Shown: positions 11,640 to 24,064, counted from the first letter of the stretch. The stretch: 32,000 nucleotides of DNA from Candidatus Moranella endobia PCIT (GCF_000219175.1 NC_015735.1:90001-122000), one strand, 5' to 3'. Notes: generated from the letters alone by a model not told the origin. Made by a program: numbers and translations.

Positions 11640-12806
11640 ATGAATGTACATGAATATCAGGCAAAACAGCTATTTGCTCGGTATGGTCTGCCTACTCCGC
11701 TTGGATACGTCTGCAAAACGCTACAAGAAGCAGTCGATTTTGCTTCAAAAATTGGCACCGGTCCATGGGTGTTGAAATGCCAAGTGCATGCAGGTGGCCG
11801 CGGTAAATCGGGTGGGATTAGAGTGGTTAAATCAAAACAAGAGATCAGAACCTTCATGGAAAAGTGGCTTGGAAAACGACTAGTCACCTATCAGACGGAC
11901 AAGTCTGGTCAACCAGTTAACGAAATTCTAGTAGAAGCAGCAACTAATATAGCTCAGGAACTATATATTGGAGCCGTCGTCGACCGTTGTACGCGCCGCG
12001 TGGTCTTCATGGCATCTACCGAAGGTGGAGTAGAAATTGAACAGGTATCAGAAGATACTCCGCACCTGATTCATAAATTAACAATTGATCCGCTTACTGG
12101 TCCGCAACATTATCAAGGAAGAGAGTTAGCTTTTAAATTAAAGCTCAGTGGTAAGCAAATCAATCAGTTCATAAAAATCTTCATGGGTATGGCGACGCTA
12201 TTTTGGGAACGAGATTTGACGCTGATAGAAATAAACCCGTTGGTGATTACCAGCACTGGCGATCTTCTTTGCCTTGACGGTAAACTAAGCATAGACAACA
12301 ACGCACTATTCCGCCAGCAGGAACTACGCGAAATGCGTGATTATAGTCAAGAGGATGAACGTGAAGTGCACGCCACCAAGTGGAAACTGAACTATGTGGC
12401 GCTTAACGGCAATATCGGTTGTATGGTTAATGGGGCTGGTCTAGCAATGGGGACGATGGATATCATAAAACTGCACGGCGGTGAACCAGCTAACTTCCTT
12501 GATATTGGTGGCAGTGCCACTAAGGAACGTGTAACAGAAGCGTTCAAAATAATACTTTCGGATGAAAAGGTAAAAGCGGTGCTGGTAAATATTTTCGGTG
12601 GTATTGTCCGCTGTGATTTAAGTGCTGATGGCATCATTAGCGCAGTATCTGAAGTAGGTAATAGCATTCCAGTAGTAGTTCGTCTAGAAGGTAACAATGC
12701 CGCACTGGGAACTAAACTATTAGTCGAGAGCGGGCTTAATATCATTGCCGCCACAAGTCTAACCGAAGCAGCACAACAGGTTGTCGCATTGGTGGAGGGT
12801 AAGTAG
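11640..12806 (+). CDS. sucC: Succinyl-CoA synthetase, beta subunit
   Basis: 388 aa from [20 protein letters not shown], with ATP-grasp motifs and the C-terminal [12 protein letters not shown]. Confidence 0.98.
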   Translation: MNVHEYQAKQLFARYGLPTPLGYVCKTLQEAVDFASKIGTGPWVLKCQVHAGGRGKSGGIRVVKSKQEIRTFMEKWLGKRLVTYQTDKSGQPVNEILVEAATNIAQELYIGAVVDRCTRRVVFMASTEGGVEIEQVSEDTPHLIHKLTIDPLTGPQHYQGRELAFKLKLSGKQINQFIKIFMGMATLFWERDLTLIEINPLVITSTGDLLCLDGKLSIDNNALFRQQELREMRDYSQEDEREVHATKWKLNYVALNGNIGCMVNGAGLAMGTMDIIKLHGGEPANFLDIGGSATKERVTEAFKIILSDEKVKAVLVNIFGGIVRCDLSADGIISAVSEVGNSIPVVVRLEGNNAALGTKLLVESGLNIIAATSLTEAAQQVVALVEGK

Positions 12807-13681
12807 TGGCTATTTTAATTAATAAACAGACCAAAGTCATTTGCCAGGGGTTTACAGGAAGTCAAGGTACTTTTCATTCCAAGCAGGCTATGTCCTATGG
12901 CACTAAAATAGTAGGTGGAGTAACGCCTGGCAAAGGTGGCACAGAACATCTTGGTATGCCGGTATTCAATACCGTGCGCGAAGCTATCGAAAAGACCGGA
13001 GCAACAACATCTGTTATCTATGTTCCAGCTCCTTTATGCAAGGATTCGATCCTTGAAGCTATTGATGCCGGTATTAAACTAATTGTCTGCATTACTGAAG
13101 GTATACCTACGCTAGATATGCTGATAGTAAAAGCTAAGCTGGAGCAAAAGAATCAGGTGCGTATGATCGGACCAAATTGTCCAGGCGTGATTACCCCAGG
13201 TGAATGTCTAATTGGTATTATGCCAGGACATATCCATCATCCTGGACGGGTTGGTATTGTGTCACGTTCGGGTACATTGACATATGAAGCGGTTAAGCAA
13301 ACTACAGATACCGGACTAGGGCAGTCCAGTTGTGTAGGTATTGGCGGCGACCCGATCCCAGGTGTAAGCTTCATTGACATTTTGCAGTTATTTGAAGATG
13401 ACAAACAGACGGAAGCCATCGTTATGATAGGTGAAATTGGCGGCAACTCAGAAGAAGAGGCCGCCGATTATATCAAGTATCATGTCACCAAGCCAGTGGT
13501 TAGTTATATCGCCGGCGTTACAGCCCCGAGAGGAAAACGCATGGGTCATGCTGGCGCCATTATCGCTGGCAGTCAAGGTACTGCAGAAGATAAATTTGTT
13601 GCGCTAGAAGCAGCTGGGGTCAACACAGTACGAAACTTAGTCGAAATAGGTACAATGCTAAATGCAATTTTGCAAAATTAA
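12806..13681 (+). CDS. sucD: Succinyl-CoA synthetase, alpha subunit
   Basis: 291 aa, GTG start in a TAGTG overlap with sucC; [23 protein letters not shown] and the active-site His region [11 protein letters not shown]. Confidence 0.98.
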   Translation: MAILINKQTKVICQGFTGSQGTFHSKQAMSYGTKIVGGVTPGKGGTEHLGMPVFNTVREAIEKTGATTSVIYVPAPLCKDSILEAIDAGIKLIVCITEGIPTLDMLIVKAKLEQKNQVRMIGPNCPGVITPGECLIGIMPGHIHHPGRVGIVSRSGTLTYEAVKQTTDTGLGQSSCVGIGGDPIPGVSFIDILQLFEDDKQTEAIVMIGEIGGNSEEEAADYIKYHVTKPVVSYIAGVTAPRGKRMGHAGAIIAGSQGTAEDKFVALEAAGVNTVRNLVEIGTMLNAILQN

Positions 13682-13964
13682 GACACTGTTACAATAACTG
13701 CTACAATACAAGCAACAGCACATTAGGACCTAACTAATTGAAAGTTTATTAGGGGCTAACTAAGCTAAGTTGCATTAGTCTGCTGCACACTTGCTAGCCG
13801 CTATGAAGCGCATGCTATGATCATAACCGATGTTAGTTAGTAGTAGCCCAGGCCTTTATAACGTGATTAGGCATTAAAGAAGACTGGAAGACTGATGGCA
13901 GAAATATTTTAATCCAGCAAACCAAGCAATTAATAACCACATAAACATAAAAAACAGAACAGAT

Positions 13965-14444
13965 ATGGGAACAGATGTAATCATCCTATCAGATGAAATA
14001 GCTACTGTTGCATTAGGCGCAACAGTAGCTGCAGCCTGCAGAAAAGCCTGTGTAATTTATCTGTATGGCAATATAGGGGTAGGCAAAACCACCTTTTGCC
14101 GTGGTTTTTTGCGCCAGCTTGGTTACTCGGGTAATGTAAAAAGCCCAACCTATACACTAGTTGTGCCTTACAAGCTACAGTCTTGGACAATTTATCATTT
14201 TGACTTGTATCGCTTAGTAGCTCCAGAGGAGCTTGAATTTATTGGAGTTCGTGACTACTTCGATAATACTGCTCTATGTTTAGTGGAATGGCCACTACGG
14301 GGTAAAGGATTCTTGCCTGCCGCGGATATTACTTTGACGCTAGAATATCACCTAGATGGCCGGCAGGCTAAGGTGCAAGCTCTAAGCAACCAAGGGGAGC
14401 TTATGCTATCCAAGCTAATACTACAGCAGGAAACGTTACCATGA
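13965..14444 (+). CDS. tsaE: tRNA threonylcarbamoyladenosine biosynthesis ATPase TsaE (YjeE)
   Basis: 159 aa with the P-loop [37 protein letters not shown] and LVEWP. Confidence 0.95.
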   Translation: MGTDVIILSDEIATVALGATVAAACRKACVIYLYGNIGVGKTTFCRGFLRQLGYSGNVKSPTYTLVVPYKLQSWTIYHFDLYRLVAPEELEFIGVRDYFDNTALCLVEWPLRGKGFLPAADITLTLEYHLDGRQAKVQALSNQGELMLSKLILQQETLP

Positions 14445-15143
14445 TGCAGGTGATGAATATCAATTTTATGCCCAAAATATTACATTTGGTAAAACCAGTG
14501 AATACTAGGTACTAGTATTTAAGTTGACCCCAAAATCATTTGTGACAAAAACTATACCAAAGCCAAGATCGATAAAAACCATTGAGAATACAAAAAACGA
14601 TCATAAATACGCATGTGTTACTACCAACAATAGCCAAGAATTATGCTAGTAGAAATATGTAGTTTATATTCGTGAATATAGGTTGGCTTGCACTCTTATT
14701 TACGAGTTAATACAATACATATAATCCATTCTGTAACTGACAGTCACCTGAAAGTGGCGAGCTACCACTTAATATATCACACTAACCCCCAAAACTAAGA
14801 AACACCATATCGTACAATTGGTTAAAACCCGGTATTTTATCGCATGTAAATTTATCGCACGTCAAGATGAGGTAGGCATGTATGTACTTAGGAGGCTAAA
14901 GAACAAAAAAATAACTTATGGCTTGTGCAGCTACTTTATATTACTGTAAAAGTAAAAGCTTAGTTTGTCAGCCGATCAATGTAGGGTTAAGATAGTACAT
15001 AATACCTGAACAACAAGCAACACGCTTGATGGAGTTTTCTTCAACACAATAAAAAAGTACCAAAAATCATGTATTGCCAATAATAAAATGCTAGGAAACA
15101 AGTTAGTAATACTGTTCGTTGAAGAATAGAGGACCAAATTATT

Positions 15144-17129
15144 ATGCCTATTCAGGTACTGCTACCACAACTTGCAAATCAAATTGCTGCCGGAGAAGTA
15201 GTATCTCGACCAGCGTCAGTGGTTAAGGAATTAATTGAAAATAGTCTTGACGCTGGAGCAACTAGTATTAATATCGATATTGCACAAGGTGGCACTAAAA
15301 GTATTCGTATCCGTGATAATGGCAGTGGTATTCCTAAAGAGGAATTAGCATTGGCTCTAGCTCGCCATGCAACTAGCAAAATCGCTCGCATGGAAGATCT
15401 AGAAAGAATTACCAGTATGGGTTTTCGCGGTGAGGCATTAGCAAGTATTAGCTCTGTGTCACGTCTGTACTTGACTTCACGCATGATCGGGCAGAGCAAA
15501 GCTTGGCAGGTATACGCAGAAGGGAGCGAACTTGCTGTTACTATTAAACCGGCAGCTCATCCAGTTGGCACTACAATAGAAGTATTAGATTTATTTTATA
15601 ATACGCCCGCTCGTCGTAAATTTATGAGCACCGCAAAAACTGAATTTACCTATATCGATGATATTACCCGACGGATCGCTTTGTCTAGATTCGATGTAAC
15701 GTTTATTTTGCAGCACAATGGTAAAATTGTACGCCAGTATCGTGCTATTAGCCATAAATATCAGCATCAACGTAGGCTAGTTGGGCTTTGTGGTCAGGCT
15801 TTTGTTGAGCGAGCCATGGGAGTATCCTACCATAATAGCAACCTGGCTATCCACGGCTGGATAGCTAATACCGCTGGGGTAGCGATTATTCCAGAGTTAA
15901 AATACAGTTATGTCAATAGGCGCACGATGAACGACAAATTCATCACTCATATCATACGGAAAGCCTATCAAGAACAATTTACTGAAACGCAACAGCCAGC
16001 TTTTGTGCTATTTCTTGAAATAGATCCGCAGCAGATAGATGTCAATTTTCATCCTACCAAACATAAGGTAAGATTTTACCAGGATCGTCTGGTACATGAT
16101 TTTATTTACCAAGCAGTAGCTAACACTCTAAAACAAAACTCGGCGCCACCGAGTTTTGTTGATGTCAACGAACCATGTGTGCTAGATAATAAACAGGATA
16201 ACGAACCAAATAATATTTCCTCGGTTATCGCAGAAGTCGCAAACAAAACACGAGTTAATAGCAATCTTTCTCGCTCAGTAGTTAACGTAAAGAATAGTAA
16301 GAAACAACAGAGTAAAAAACATTCCACTAGTAGTGGAAATAGTTGCAGTACAAACGATAAGAAAAAAAAAGATTCTATTTACCATCCAGTGCAAAAATCT
16401 ACTCTTACTCTATTATATAATGAACAAAATGCACAGCAAATAGAGCCCAAAACCGAATATTGTAGTTCATCTACAAGCAACAACAAAGAGCTGCTAAATA
16501 ACCGAAAAATATTATCTACCTTCAATGTTGTTGCTGAAAAACCATTCAGCACTGAGCTCAAAGCTATAAATTATACCGAAAGTTTCGGTAAAATATTAAC
16601 ACTGATTGAGTACTGTTATGCGCTAATAAAATCAATGCGCCATCTAGCACTTATATCGCTACCGGTTGCCGAACGTTACCTAAACGAACATCAACTGCTT
16701 CCAGTCAATGCGCTTATGAGCGCTCAACCATTAATAATTCCCCTGCACATAACACTATGTGCAGGGGAAATTGTCACCCTTAAAAAACATCAGTTGCTAA
16801 TGCAAGAAATGGGTATATACCTACAACCTGATATTAATAAGGCAATATTACATACTGTACCTTTACTATTAAGTAAACAAAATTTACACAAATTAATTCC
16901 AAAAATGTTACGCTATCTCAGTAATGAAGTGTCAGTGACACATCAAAATATTGCGGTATGGCTTGCCCGCAGACTACAACCAGAATCCAGTATCTGGAGC
17001 TATTCACAAGCTATACAGTTACTTACAAAGGTCGAACAGTTTTGTCCACAATGGGTGCAAAATCCGCCTTATGGACTTATGGTAAAGTTAAATTTTGAGA
17101 ACGCTATTAAAGCTATGAACTATGACTGA
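15144..17129 (+). CDS. mutL: DNA mismatch repair protein MutL
   Basis: 661 aa with GHKL ATPase motifs [32 protein letters not shown] and [10 protein letters not shown], plus a C-terminal dimerisation domain. The central linker is rich in N/S/K. Confidence 0.97.
   Translation: MPIQVLLPQLANQIAAGEVVSRPASVVKELIENSLDAGATSINIDIAQGGTKSIRIRDNGSGIPKEELALALARHATSKIARMEDLERITSMGFRGEALASISSVSRLYLTSRMIGQSKAWQVYAEGSELAVTIKPAAHPVGTTIEVLDLFYNTPARRKFMSTAKTEFTYIDDITRRIALSRFDVTFILQHNGKIVRQYRAISHKYQHQRRLVGLCGQAFVERAMGVSYHNSNLAIHGWIANTAGVAIIPELKYSYVNRRTMNDKFITHIIRKAYQEQFTETQQPAFVLFLEIDPQQIDVNFHPTKHKVRFYQDRLVHDFIYQAVANTLKQNSAPPSFVDVNEPCVLDNKQDNEPNNISSVIAEVANKTRVNSNLSRSVVNVKNSKKQQSKKHSTSSGNSCSTNDKKKKDSIYHPVQKSTLTLLYNEQNAQQIEPKTEYCSSSTSNNKELLNNRKILSTFNVVAEKPFSTELKAINYTESFGKILTLIEYCYALIKSMRHLALISLPVAERYLNEHQLLPVNALMSAQPLIIPLHITLCAGEIVTLKKHQLLMQEMGIYLQPDINKAILHTVPLLLSKQNLHKLIPKMLRYLSNEVSVTHQNIAVWLARRLQPESSIWSYSQAIQLLTKVEQFCPQWVQNPPYGLMVKLNFENAIKAMNYD
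16738..16769. repeat. Perfect inverted repeat in the mutL coding region (13-bp arms, 6-nt loop)
   Basis: ttcccctgcacat-aacact-atgtgcaggggaa. Confidence 0.9.
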
Positions 17130-18066
17130 AACAAAAACATTACTACAACGACCTCAGGCGATTTTTCTGATGGGACCAACAGCATCAGGCAAAACCGCAC
17201 TAGCAATGGCATTACACCAGCATCTACCTGTGGATATTATTAGCGTTGATTCAGCGCTAATGTATCGTGGCATGGATATAGGTACAGCTAAACCCAGCGC
17301 TGACGAGCTTGCTCGAGTACCACATCGTCTGATAGATATACGAGATCCAGCAGAAACTTATTCAGCTGCCGAATTCAGAATAGATGCAATTAAGGAAATG
17401 AATGAAGTCACTAAGTCTGGTCGTATACCGTTATTGGTAGGCGGGACAATGTTCTACTTTAAAGCTCTATTAGAGGGATTATCAAATTTACCTCCTGCAG
17501 CTCCAAAAGTACGCGAAAAAATTAAACGCGAAGCTGAAATATTTGGGTGGCCGGCGTTACACTGTAAATTGCAACAAATTGATCCAATTGCAGCAAAGCG
17601 TATTCATCCTAATGATAAGCAGAGATTGGCGCGCGCACTAGAAATTTTTTTCGTTTCCGGTAATACTTTAACCGACCTAACAAAAACCTCAGGTGAAACA
17701 TTGATGTATAGAGTACATCAATTCGCCATTGCACCACTTAACCGCATATTAATATATCAACGTATTGCTCGGCGCTTTCATCATATGTTGGCAAACGGTT
17801 TTGAACAAGAGGTTAATGCGCTTTTTTATCGAGGTGATCTTAACCAAAACCTACCATCAATTCGTTGTGTAGGTTACAGACAACTTTGGTCCTATCTATC
17901 CGGCAACACTAGTTATGATGATATGGTATTTCGTGGAATTTGTGCTACCAAACAACTTGCCAAGCACCAAATTAACTGGCTAAAAGGATGGCCCAATCTT
18001 CATTGGCTGAATAGCAATGAACCGGTCGCTGCCTTAAACAGTATATTACAAACTGTAATTGTATAA
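17122..18066 (+). CDS. miaA: tRNA dimethylallyltransferase
   Basis: 314 aa with [32 protein letters not shown] and CVGYRQLW. Overlaps the end of mutL, as the adjacent genes do in enterics. Confidence 0.97.
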   Translation: MTETKTLLQRPQAIFLMGPTASGKTALAMALHQHLPVDIISVDSALMYRGMDIGTAKPSADELARVPHRLIDIRDPAETYSAAEFRIDAIKEMNEVTKSGRIPLLVGGTMFYFKALLEGLSNLPPAAPKVREKIKREAEIFGWPALHCKLQQIDPIAAKRIHPNDKQRLARALEIFFVSGNTLTDLTKTSGETLMYRVHQFAIAPLNRILIYQRIARRFHHMLANGFEQEVNALFYRGDLNQNLPSIRCVGYRQLWSYLSGNTSYDDMVFRGICATKQLAKHQINWLKGWPNLHWLNSNEPVAALNSILQTVIV

Positions 18067-18118
18067 CTTGGATAATATTTACAAAATTACTTTCTAACAC
18101 ATAACATAAAATAAATAA

Positions 18119-18397
<279 letters not shown>

Positions 18398-18727
18398 ACA
18401 AGCATATCCCTGTTGGCGGTTTATTTACAATAATATAATTCTATTATCTAATCTTTCTGGTACAGATGAGTAGATAAGAACAATACCAGTACATAAAAAC
18501 CATCTACATAAATTCAATATAGCTCTATATAGCCTATCTATGGCAAACGAATTAGTAGCGGCTTGTAAAGCACAACTATAACTAAAATAGGGTAAAACAC
18601 CACCATAGTAATACTTCCACTGCCTGATAGCATCGCATCTATGTAAACAAATAGCTTTTCAAATTTTAGAATTGTCTCACCTACAAACAGAATAACATTA
18701 TCATTAAAATAACATGGAGCTAAGAAT

Positions 18728-19945
18728 ATGGCTTGGAATCAACCTAATAATCAAGGATATGACCATGAATCATGTGGGACTAACAATAGTAGTGGTACAT
18801 GTAGCACAAATAACAATAAACATGAACAAATAACGATCAATATTGATGCTTTATTCCGCAAACTAATCTTTACTCTGAGCAGGTTAGTTAACAAAGACAG
18901 TAGTACTGGCAACAGTTCAATAGGGAAAAACAGCCGGTATATAGTTCTAGCGTTTGCGGCCTTTGTGGTAATCTGGGCAAGCAGCGGCTTCTATACGATT
19001 AAAGAAGCGGAACGTGGCGTATTGTTGCGTTTTGGCAAATTTGATCATTTGGTTCAACCTGGCTTAAACTGGCAGCCAAGTTTTATTGATACTGTTACCG
19101 CAGTCAACGTTGAGTCGGTGCGGGAGCTGGCTGCGGCTGGCGTTATGCTTACATCAGATGAGAATGTGGTACGAGTGGAAATGAATGTACAGTATCGCGT
19201 GACCGACCCTGAGCGCTATTTGTTCAGTGTAACCAACGCCGAAGATAGCCTCAGCCAAGCAACTGATAGCGCTCTACGTGGAGTAATCGGTAAATATACT
19301 ATGGATCGAATACTAACCGAAGGTCGTACTGTCGTGCGTAGCGATACCCAGCGCGTGCTAGAAGAAATCATCCAACCTTATAACATGGGTATCACCTTAT
19401 TGGATGTTAACTTCCAGGCGGCTAGACCACCAGAAGAAGTGAAAGCCGCATTTGATGACGCTATTGCCGCGCGGGAAAACGAACAACAATATATCCGAGA
19501 AGCCGAAGCTTATTCCAATGAGGTGCAGCCACGAGCTAACGGTAAGGCACAGCGCATTCTAGAAGAGGGACGTGCTTATAAAGCACGTAACGTGCTGGAA
19601 GCACAAGGAGAAGTACAGCGTTTTAAAAAAGTGCTACCAGAATATAAAGCGGCGCCAGCAATTACACGCGAACGTCTTTATATTGACACGATGGAACGAG
19701 TCTTGAAAAAAACCAATAAAATTCTGGTAAATGATAAGGGAAACAAACAATTGATGGTGCTGCCCTTAGATCAAATATTGCATAATAAGCCGGTAGGCAA
19801 TAGCACAATTAGCTCAGGTAACAAAAATGATAAGAGCAATTTGCGGCGGCTACCTAACGCCAGCGAAAATATCACAAATCAGCGAACTATTAATGCACAG
19901 CGTGACGATACCACGCGCAAAGCAAAGGGAGGGAATAAACTATGA
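18728..19945 (+). CDS. hflK: FtsH protease regulator HflK (SPFH/band 7 family)
   Basis: 405 aa: YTIKEAERGVLLRFGKFDHLVQPGLNWQP..., followed by hflC with an ATGA overlap. The N-terminus is N/G/S-rich. Confidence 0.96.
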   Translation: MAWNQPNNQGYDHESCGTNNSSGTCSTNNNKHEQITINIDALFRKLIFTLSRLVNKDSSTGNSSIGKNSRYIVLAFAAFVVIWASSGFYTIKEAERGVLLRFGKFDHLVQPGLNWQPSFIDTVTAVNVESVRELAAAGVMLTSDENVVRVEMNVQYRVTDPERYLFSVTNAEDSLSQATDSALRGVIGKYTMDRILTEGRTVVRSDTQRVLEEIIQPYNMGITLLDVNFQAARPPEEVKAAFDDAIAARENEQQYIREAEAYSNEVQPRANGKAQRILEEGRAYKARNVLEAQGEVQRFKKVLPEYKAAPAITRERLYIDTMERVLKKTNKILVNDKGNKQLMVLPLDQILHNKPVGNSTISSGNKNDKSNLRRLPNASENITNQRTINAQRDDTTRKAKGGNKL

Positions 19946-20934
19946 TGCGTAAGCCTTTAATGCTTATTACAGTGATAGTACTGGTATTACTGTATGCATC
20001 ATTATTTTTAGTACAAGCAGGTCAGCGTGGCATCGTTCTGCGTTTTGGTAAAGTATTGCGCGATAGCAATAACAAACCGTTAATTTATAATCCAGGCCTG
20101 CACATGAAAATACCATTTATCGAAACTGTCAAGAATCTTGATGCGCGCATTCAAACAATGGAAAATCAGGCGGATCGATTTGTTACCATGGAGAAGAAAG
20201 ACCTGATTGTTGATTCTTATATCAAATGGCGTATTAGTGACTTCAGCCGTTATTATTTAGCAACTGGCGGCGGCGATGTTTCACAGGCAGAAGTATTACT
20301 AAAACGGAAGTTTTCCGACCGGCTACGCTCAGAATTAGGTCGATTAGATGTTAAGGGGATTGTCACTGACTCCCGCAACCGCCTGATGACAGATGTGCGC
20401 GAAGCGCTTAATAACGGCACGTCTGGTGACGATGAAGAAACACAATCAACAGCGGTCGATAACGCAATCGCTTCCGTTGCCGCACTAGTAGAGCTTGAAA
20501 CAAACAGTTTGCCGCCAGGGGTAAATCCAAATAGTATGGCAGCGCTTGGTATTGAAGTAGTAGATGTACGTATTAAGCAAATTAACCTCCCAACGGAAGT
20601 ATCCGATGCTATTTATCAGCGCATGCGCGCAGAACGTGAGGCAGTTGCCCGTCACCACCGTTCACAGGGCCAAGAAGAGGCTGAAAAGCTGCGTGCCGCT
20701 GCTGATTATGAGGTTACTCGCACTTTGGCGGAAGCAGAGCGTCAGGCGTTGATTATTCGCGGTGAAGCAGATGCTAAAACTGCCAAGCTATATGCCGATG
20801 CATTTAACGAGGATCCAGCTCTATACTCTTTTATCCGCAGTCTGCGTGCATATGAAAACAGCTTTAACAATAACGATGTGATGGTGCTCAGTACAGAGAA
20901 CAATTTCTTCCGCTTCATGAAAGTACCGGAATAG
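19942..20934 (+). CDS. hflC: FtsH protease regulator HflC (SPFH/band 7 family)
   Basis: 330 aa: QAGQRGIVLRFGKVL...NPGLHMKIPFIETVKNLDARIQTM..., with the C-terminal SLRAYENSF. Confidence 0.96.
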   Translation: MMRKPLMLITVIVLVLLYASLFLVQAGQRGIVLRFGKVLRDSNNKPLIYNPGLHMKIPFIETVKNLDARIQTMENQADRFVTMEKKDLIVDSYIKWRISDFSRYYLATGGGDVSQAEVLLKRKFSDRLRSELGRLDVKGIVTDSRNRLMTDVREALNNGTSGDDEETQSTAVDNAIASVAALVELETNSLPPGVNPNSMAALGIEVVDVRIKQINLPTEVSDAIYQRMRAEREAVARHHRSQGQEEAEKLRAAADYEVTRTLAEAERQALIIRGEADAKTAKLYADAFNEDPALYSFIRSLRAYENSFNNNDVMVLSTENNFFRFMKVPE

Positions 20935-20952
20935 ATAGATTTAATGTTATTG

Positions 20953-20973
20953 GCGACCGTTAGCAACGGTCGC
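20953..20973 (+). terminator. Terminator-like hairpin downstream of hflC
   Basis: gcgaccgtt-agc-aacggtcgc: perfect 9-bp stem with a 3-nt loop, 18 nt after the hflC stop, followed by the weakly T-rich atcttatat. Confidence 0.6.
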
Positions 20974-21241
20974 ATCTTATATCTATCACGCACGCTATTA
21001 AGCAGCAATGCTGAATCACTCATCAATTACGATCACGGCAGGTAGCAAACAATTTTACCTAAGCCCTAAGCTATGAATTATCAAACGATAATAATATTAT
21101 TACTGAAATATTGAGCTGAAAATTACTTGGTTTTACACATTATTACTACACTGTCGGATAATTTAAATCTAGTAATCACGGCACCTATCCATTTATTTAT
21201 CTATCCCCACTGATTTGTTTGGAAACAATGAATAGTTACTA

Positions 21242-21263
21242 TACGTACGTTTTACGTACGTTT
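21242..21263. repeat. Two tandem copies of an 11-bp unit
   Basis: tacgtacgttt tacgtacgttt in the non-coding hflC-rnr gap. Confidence 0.8.
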
Positions 21264-21621
21264 AAGGCTATGGATAAACCGCAAAGAAAGACGATAGACA
21301 GTAGTTAAGATTTTAACGTTGCATATGAATTCAGCTTGATCTTACCTACTCTCATATTGTTTCAAGCAAGATGTGAAGTTATCGATTTTATTCCTAACAA
21401 CCACATGGTGAACATGAGAATAAAAAAAGAACGAAATTAGTTTCCAAACCATTTATTTTATATCGCAATATTGTTATCCAACAATAAACGTGCATAAAGT
21501 AATTGTTGAACAACAAATTTATCGTTATTAACGCAGGCGTCTATAGTTTTTGTGGCGTTACATGCTAAGCATGGACAGTAACATGATTGCCTAAATCACC
21601 GCTATAAATGGAGATAGCACA

Positions 21622-23952
21622 ATGTCACCAAGTACCTTTCTGCAAAGAAAGGCAGAAAAAAACAAGTTCTCAGTACCTAGTCGAGAATTGATCCTCGCTT
21701 ATTTAGCCAAGCGAGAACAACCAGTTAGCTGCGAAGAATTAGCGAGCGAACTAAAACTAAACATCAGTGCTAAAAATCAGTTGGATGGCTTACGTCGTCG
21801 GCTACGCGCTATGGCGCGAGACGCGCAATTAATTTTTACTCGCCAGCAGTGCTACTATCTACCAGAGCGCTTAGATGTTGTACGTGGTACGGTCATTGGC
21901 CATCGTGATGGTTTCGGTTTTTTACGTGTAGAAGGTAGCAAGAACGATTACTACTTGTCCGTAGAACAGATGAAAATGGTTATTCACGGCGATATTGCCC
22001 TGGCACAGCCACAGAGCAAGGATCACAAAAATCGCCGCGAGGCACGCATTGTGCAGGTATTAGTGCCAAAAAATAGCCTAATAGTTGGACGTTTTTTAAG
22101 TAAACACGGTAGCGCTTTCGTAGTGCCAAATGATAGCCGTCTCAATTTCAACATACTAATTCCACCGGAAGCGACCAATGGCTCTAGCATGGGTTGCGTA
22201 GTGGTTGTTAAACTTACCCAGCGCCCAACTAAGCGGACCAAAGCTATTGGCAAAGTAGTAGAAGTACTAGGCAATAATATGGGTACCAGTATGATAGTAG
22301 ATATTGCGCTACGTAACCACGATATTCCATACTTTTGGCCACCGGAAGTTGAGCAACAAATTGCTGAGTTGAAAGAAGAGGTACAGGAAGAGGAAAAGTA
22401 CGGTCGTATCGATTTACGAGCACTACCTTTTGTGACTATCGATGGCGAGGATGCACGCGATTTTGACGATGCTGTGTATTGTGAGACCAAACGCAACGGC
22501 GGCTGGCGTCTGTGGGTAGCGATCTCTGACGTTAGCTGTTATGTTCGCCCGCATACCCCGCTTGATCAAGAAGCCAGCCGGCGAGCAACATCAATTTATT
22601 TTCCCTCGCAGGTAATACCAATGCTACCTGAAGCACTGTCCAATGGATTATGCTCTCTTAATCCTAAGATGGATAGATTATGTATGGTCTGTGAAATGAC
22701 TATCTCAGCGCAAGGTCGTCTTTCTTCCTATAAGTTTTATGAAGCTGTGATCAATTCTCACGCTCGCCTGACCTATAACATAGTTTGGAATATTTTACAG
22801 AGCAAAAAGTCATTGCACACCCACTACTTGTCGCTCATAAAATCGCTAATGCAGTTACATGAAATGTACCAAACTTTAGAACAAGCCAACTTTCAGCTTG
22901 GTAGTCTCTATTTTGAAATTGAGGAGGCAAAGTTCATCTTCAATGCTGAGCATCGCATCGCGCGTATAGAACCAGTGAAACGCAATAATGCTCATAAACT
23001 GATCGAACAATGTATGATTTTAGCGAATATTGCCGCAGCGCGCTTTGTTGAGAAGCATCAAGAACCAGCATTGTATCGAGTACATGAACGTCCAAACAAC
23101 GACAATATCACTTCTTTACGAACGATATTAGGCGAATTAGGGATGACCTTGGGCGGAGGTGATAAACCCGAAGCGAAAGATTATGCTAATTTATTAAACC
23201 AAGTCTATAGCCAGCCAAATCAAGAACTATTGCAAACAATGTTACTGCGATCAATGAAACAGGCGATTTATGCTCATGAAAACCGTGGCCATTTTGGGTT
23301 GTCGCTGCAGGCTTATACACATTTTACTTCACCTATCCGCCGCTATCCTGATCTTACGCTACATAGAGCAATTAAATATATTATTGGCCGTCAAAATGGT
23401 AAAGTTGACGGCCGCACTACGCCGACTGGGGGCTGGCATGCTGAGCTGGAAGAAATATTAACAATTGGCAAACAATGTTCGCTAGGTGAGCGACGAGCAG
23501 ATGAAGCGACCAGAAACGTAGCGGACTGGCTAAAGTGCGATTTTATGCAAGATCAAGTTGGAAAGGTATTCAAAGGAATTATTACTAGTGTCACCAGTTT
23601 TGGCTTCTTTGTGCGGCTAAATAATATGTTTATCGACGGCCTAGTGCATATTTCGTCCCTATACCATGACTATTACCGTTACGATAATATTGGTCAGCGA
23701 CTGATAGGAGAGTTATACGGCAAAATTTACCGGCTAGGGGATGCAGTTGAAATATACGTCAAAGCCGTGCATATGGAAGAACGCAAAATTGATTTTTCAT
23801 TAATTGCTAGCTACCATCAGCCGATGGTAGCTAGCAATATGGCAAACCAATGTCAACAGAAAACCAAAAACAAAGTAAAAACAAGCAGTATTCGAAATAA
23901 ATACCAGCGCAGCCGAAGACACAATACAGTGCAAAAGACCACTGGCAACTAA
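21622..23952 (+). CDS. rnr: Ribonuclease R
   Basis: 776 aa; RNB signature VTIDGEDARDFDDAVYC, FPSQVIPMLPEALSNGLCSLNP and a C-terminal S1 domain (GIITSVTSFGFFVRL). Confidence 0.97.
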   Translation: MSPSTFLQRKAEKNKFSVPSRELILAYLAKREQPVSCEELASELKLNISAKNQLDGLRRRLRAMARDAQLIFTRQQCYYLPERLDVVRGTVIGHRDGFGFLRVEGSKNDYYLSVEQMKMVIHGDIALAQPQSKDHKNRREARIVQVLVPKNSLIVGRFLSKHGSAFVVPNDSRLNFNILIPPEATNGSSMGCVVVVKLTQRPTKRTKAIGKVVEVLGNNMGTSMIVDIALRNHDIPYFWPPEVEQQIAELKEEVQEEEKYGRIDLRALPFVTIDGEDARDFDDAVYCETKRNGGWRLWVAISDVSCYVRPHTPLDQEASRRATSIYFPSQVIPMLPEALSNGLCSLNPKMDRLCMVCEMTISAQGRLSSYKFYEAVINSHARLTYNIVWNILQSKKSLHTHYLSLIKSLMQLHEMYQTLEQANFQLGSLYFEIEEAKFIFNAEHRIARIEPVKRNNAHKLIEQCMILANIAAARFVEKHQEPALYRVHERPNNDNITSLRTILGELGMTLGGGDKPEAKDYANLLNQVYSQPNQELLQTMLLRSMKQAIYAHENRGHFGLSLQAYTHFTSPIRRYPDLTLHRAIKYIIGRQNGKVDGRTTPTGGWHAELEEILTIGKQCSLGERRADEATRNVADWLKCDFMQDQVGKVFKGIITSVTSFGFFVRLNNMFIDGLVHISSLYHDYYRYDNIGQRLIGELYGKIYRLGDAVEIYVKAVHMEERKIDFSLIASYHQPMVASNMANQCQQKTKNKVKTSSIRNKYQRSRRHNTVQKTTGN
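23803..23838. repeat. Perfect inverted repeat in the rnr coding region (16-bp arms, 4-nt loop)
   Basis: attgctagctaccatc-agcc-gatggtagctagcaat. Confidence 0.95.
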
Positions 23953-24064
23953 TAAAACTTTCGTTCAGGCGGCCGTAAGTAGTAATTACAGCAGGATGTC
24001 ATATCGGCTAAGCACCGACTACTACTCAGGTTACCTTAGCAAAACAACTAGCGGTAACATAAGC

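Noticed and set aside
21242-21263. CRISPR-like or iteron array from the tacgtacgttt repeats
   Set aside because: Only two adjacent 11-bp copies with no spacers; a simple short tandem duplication.
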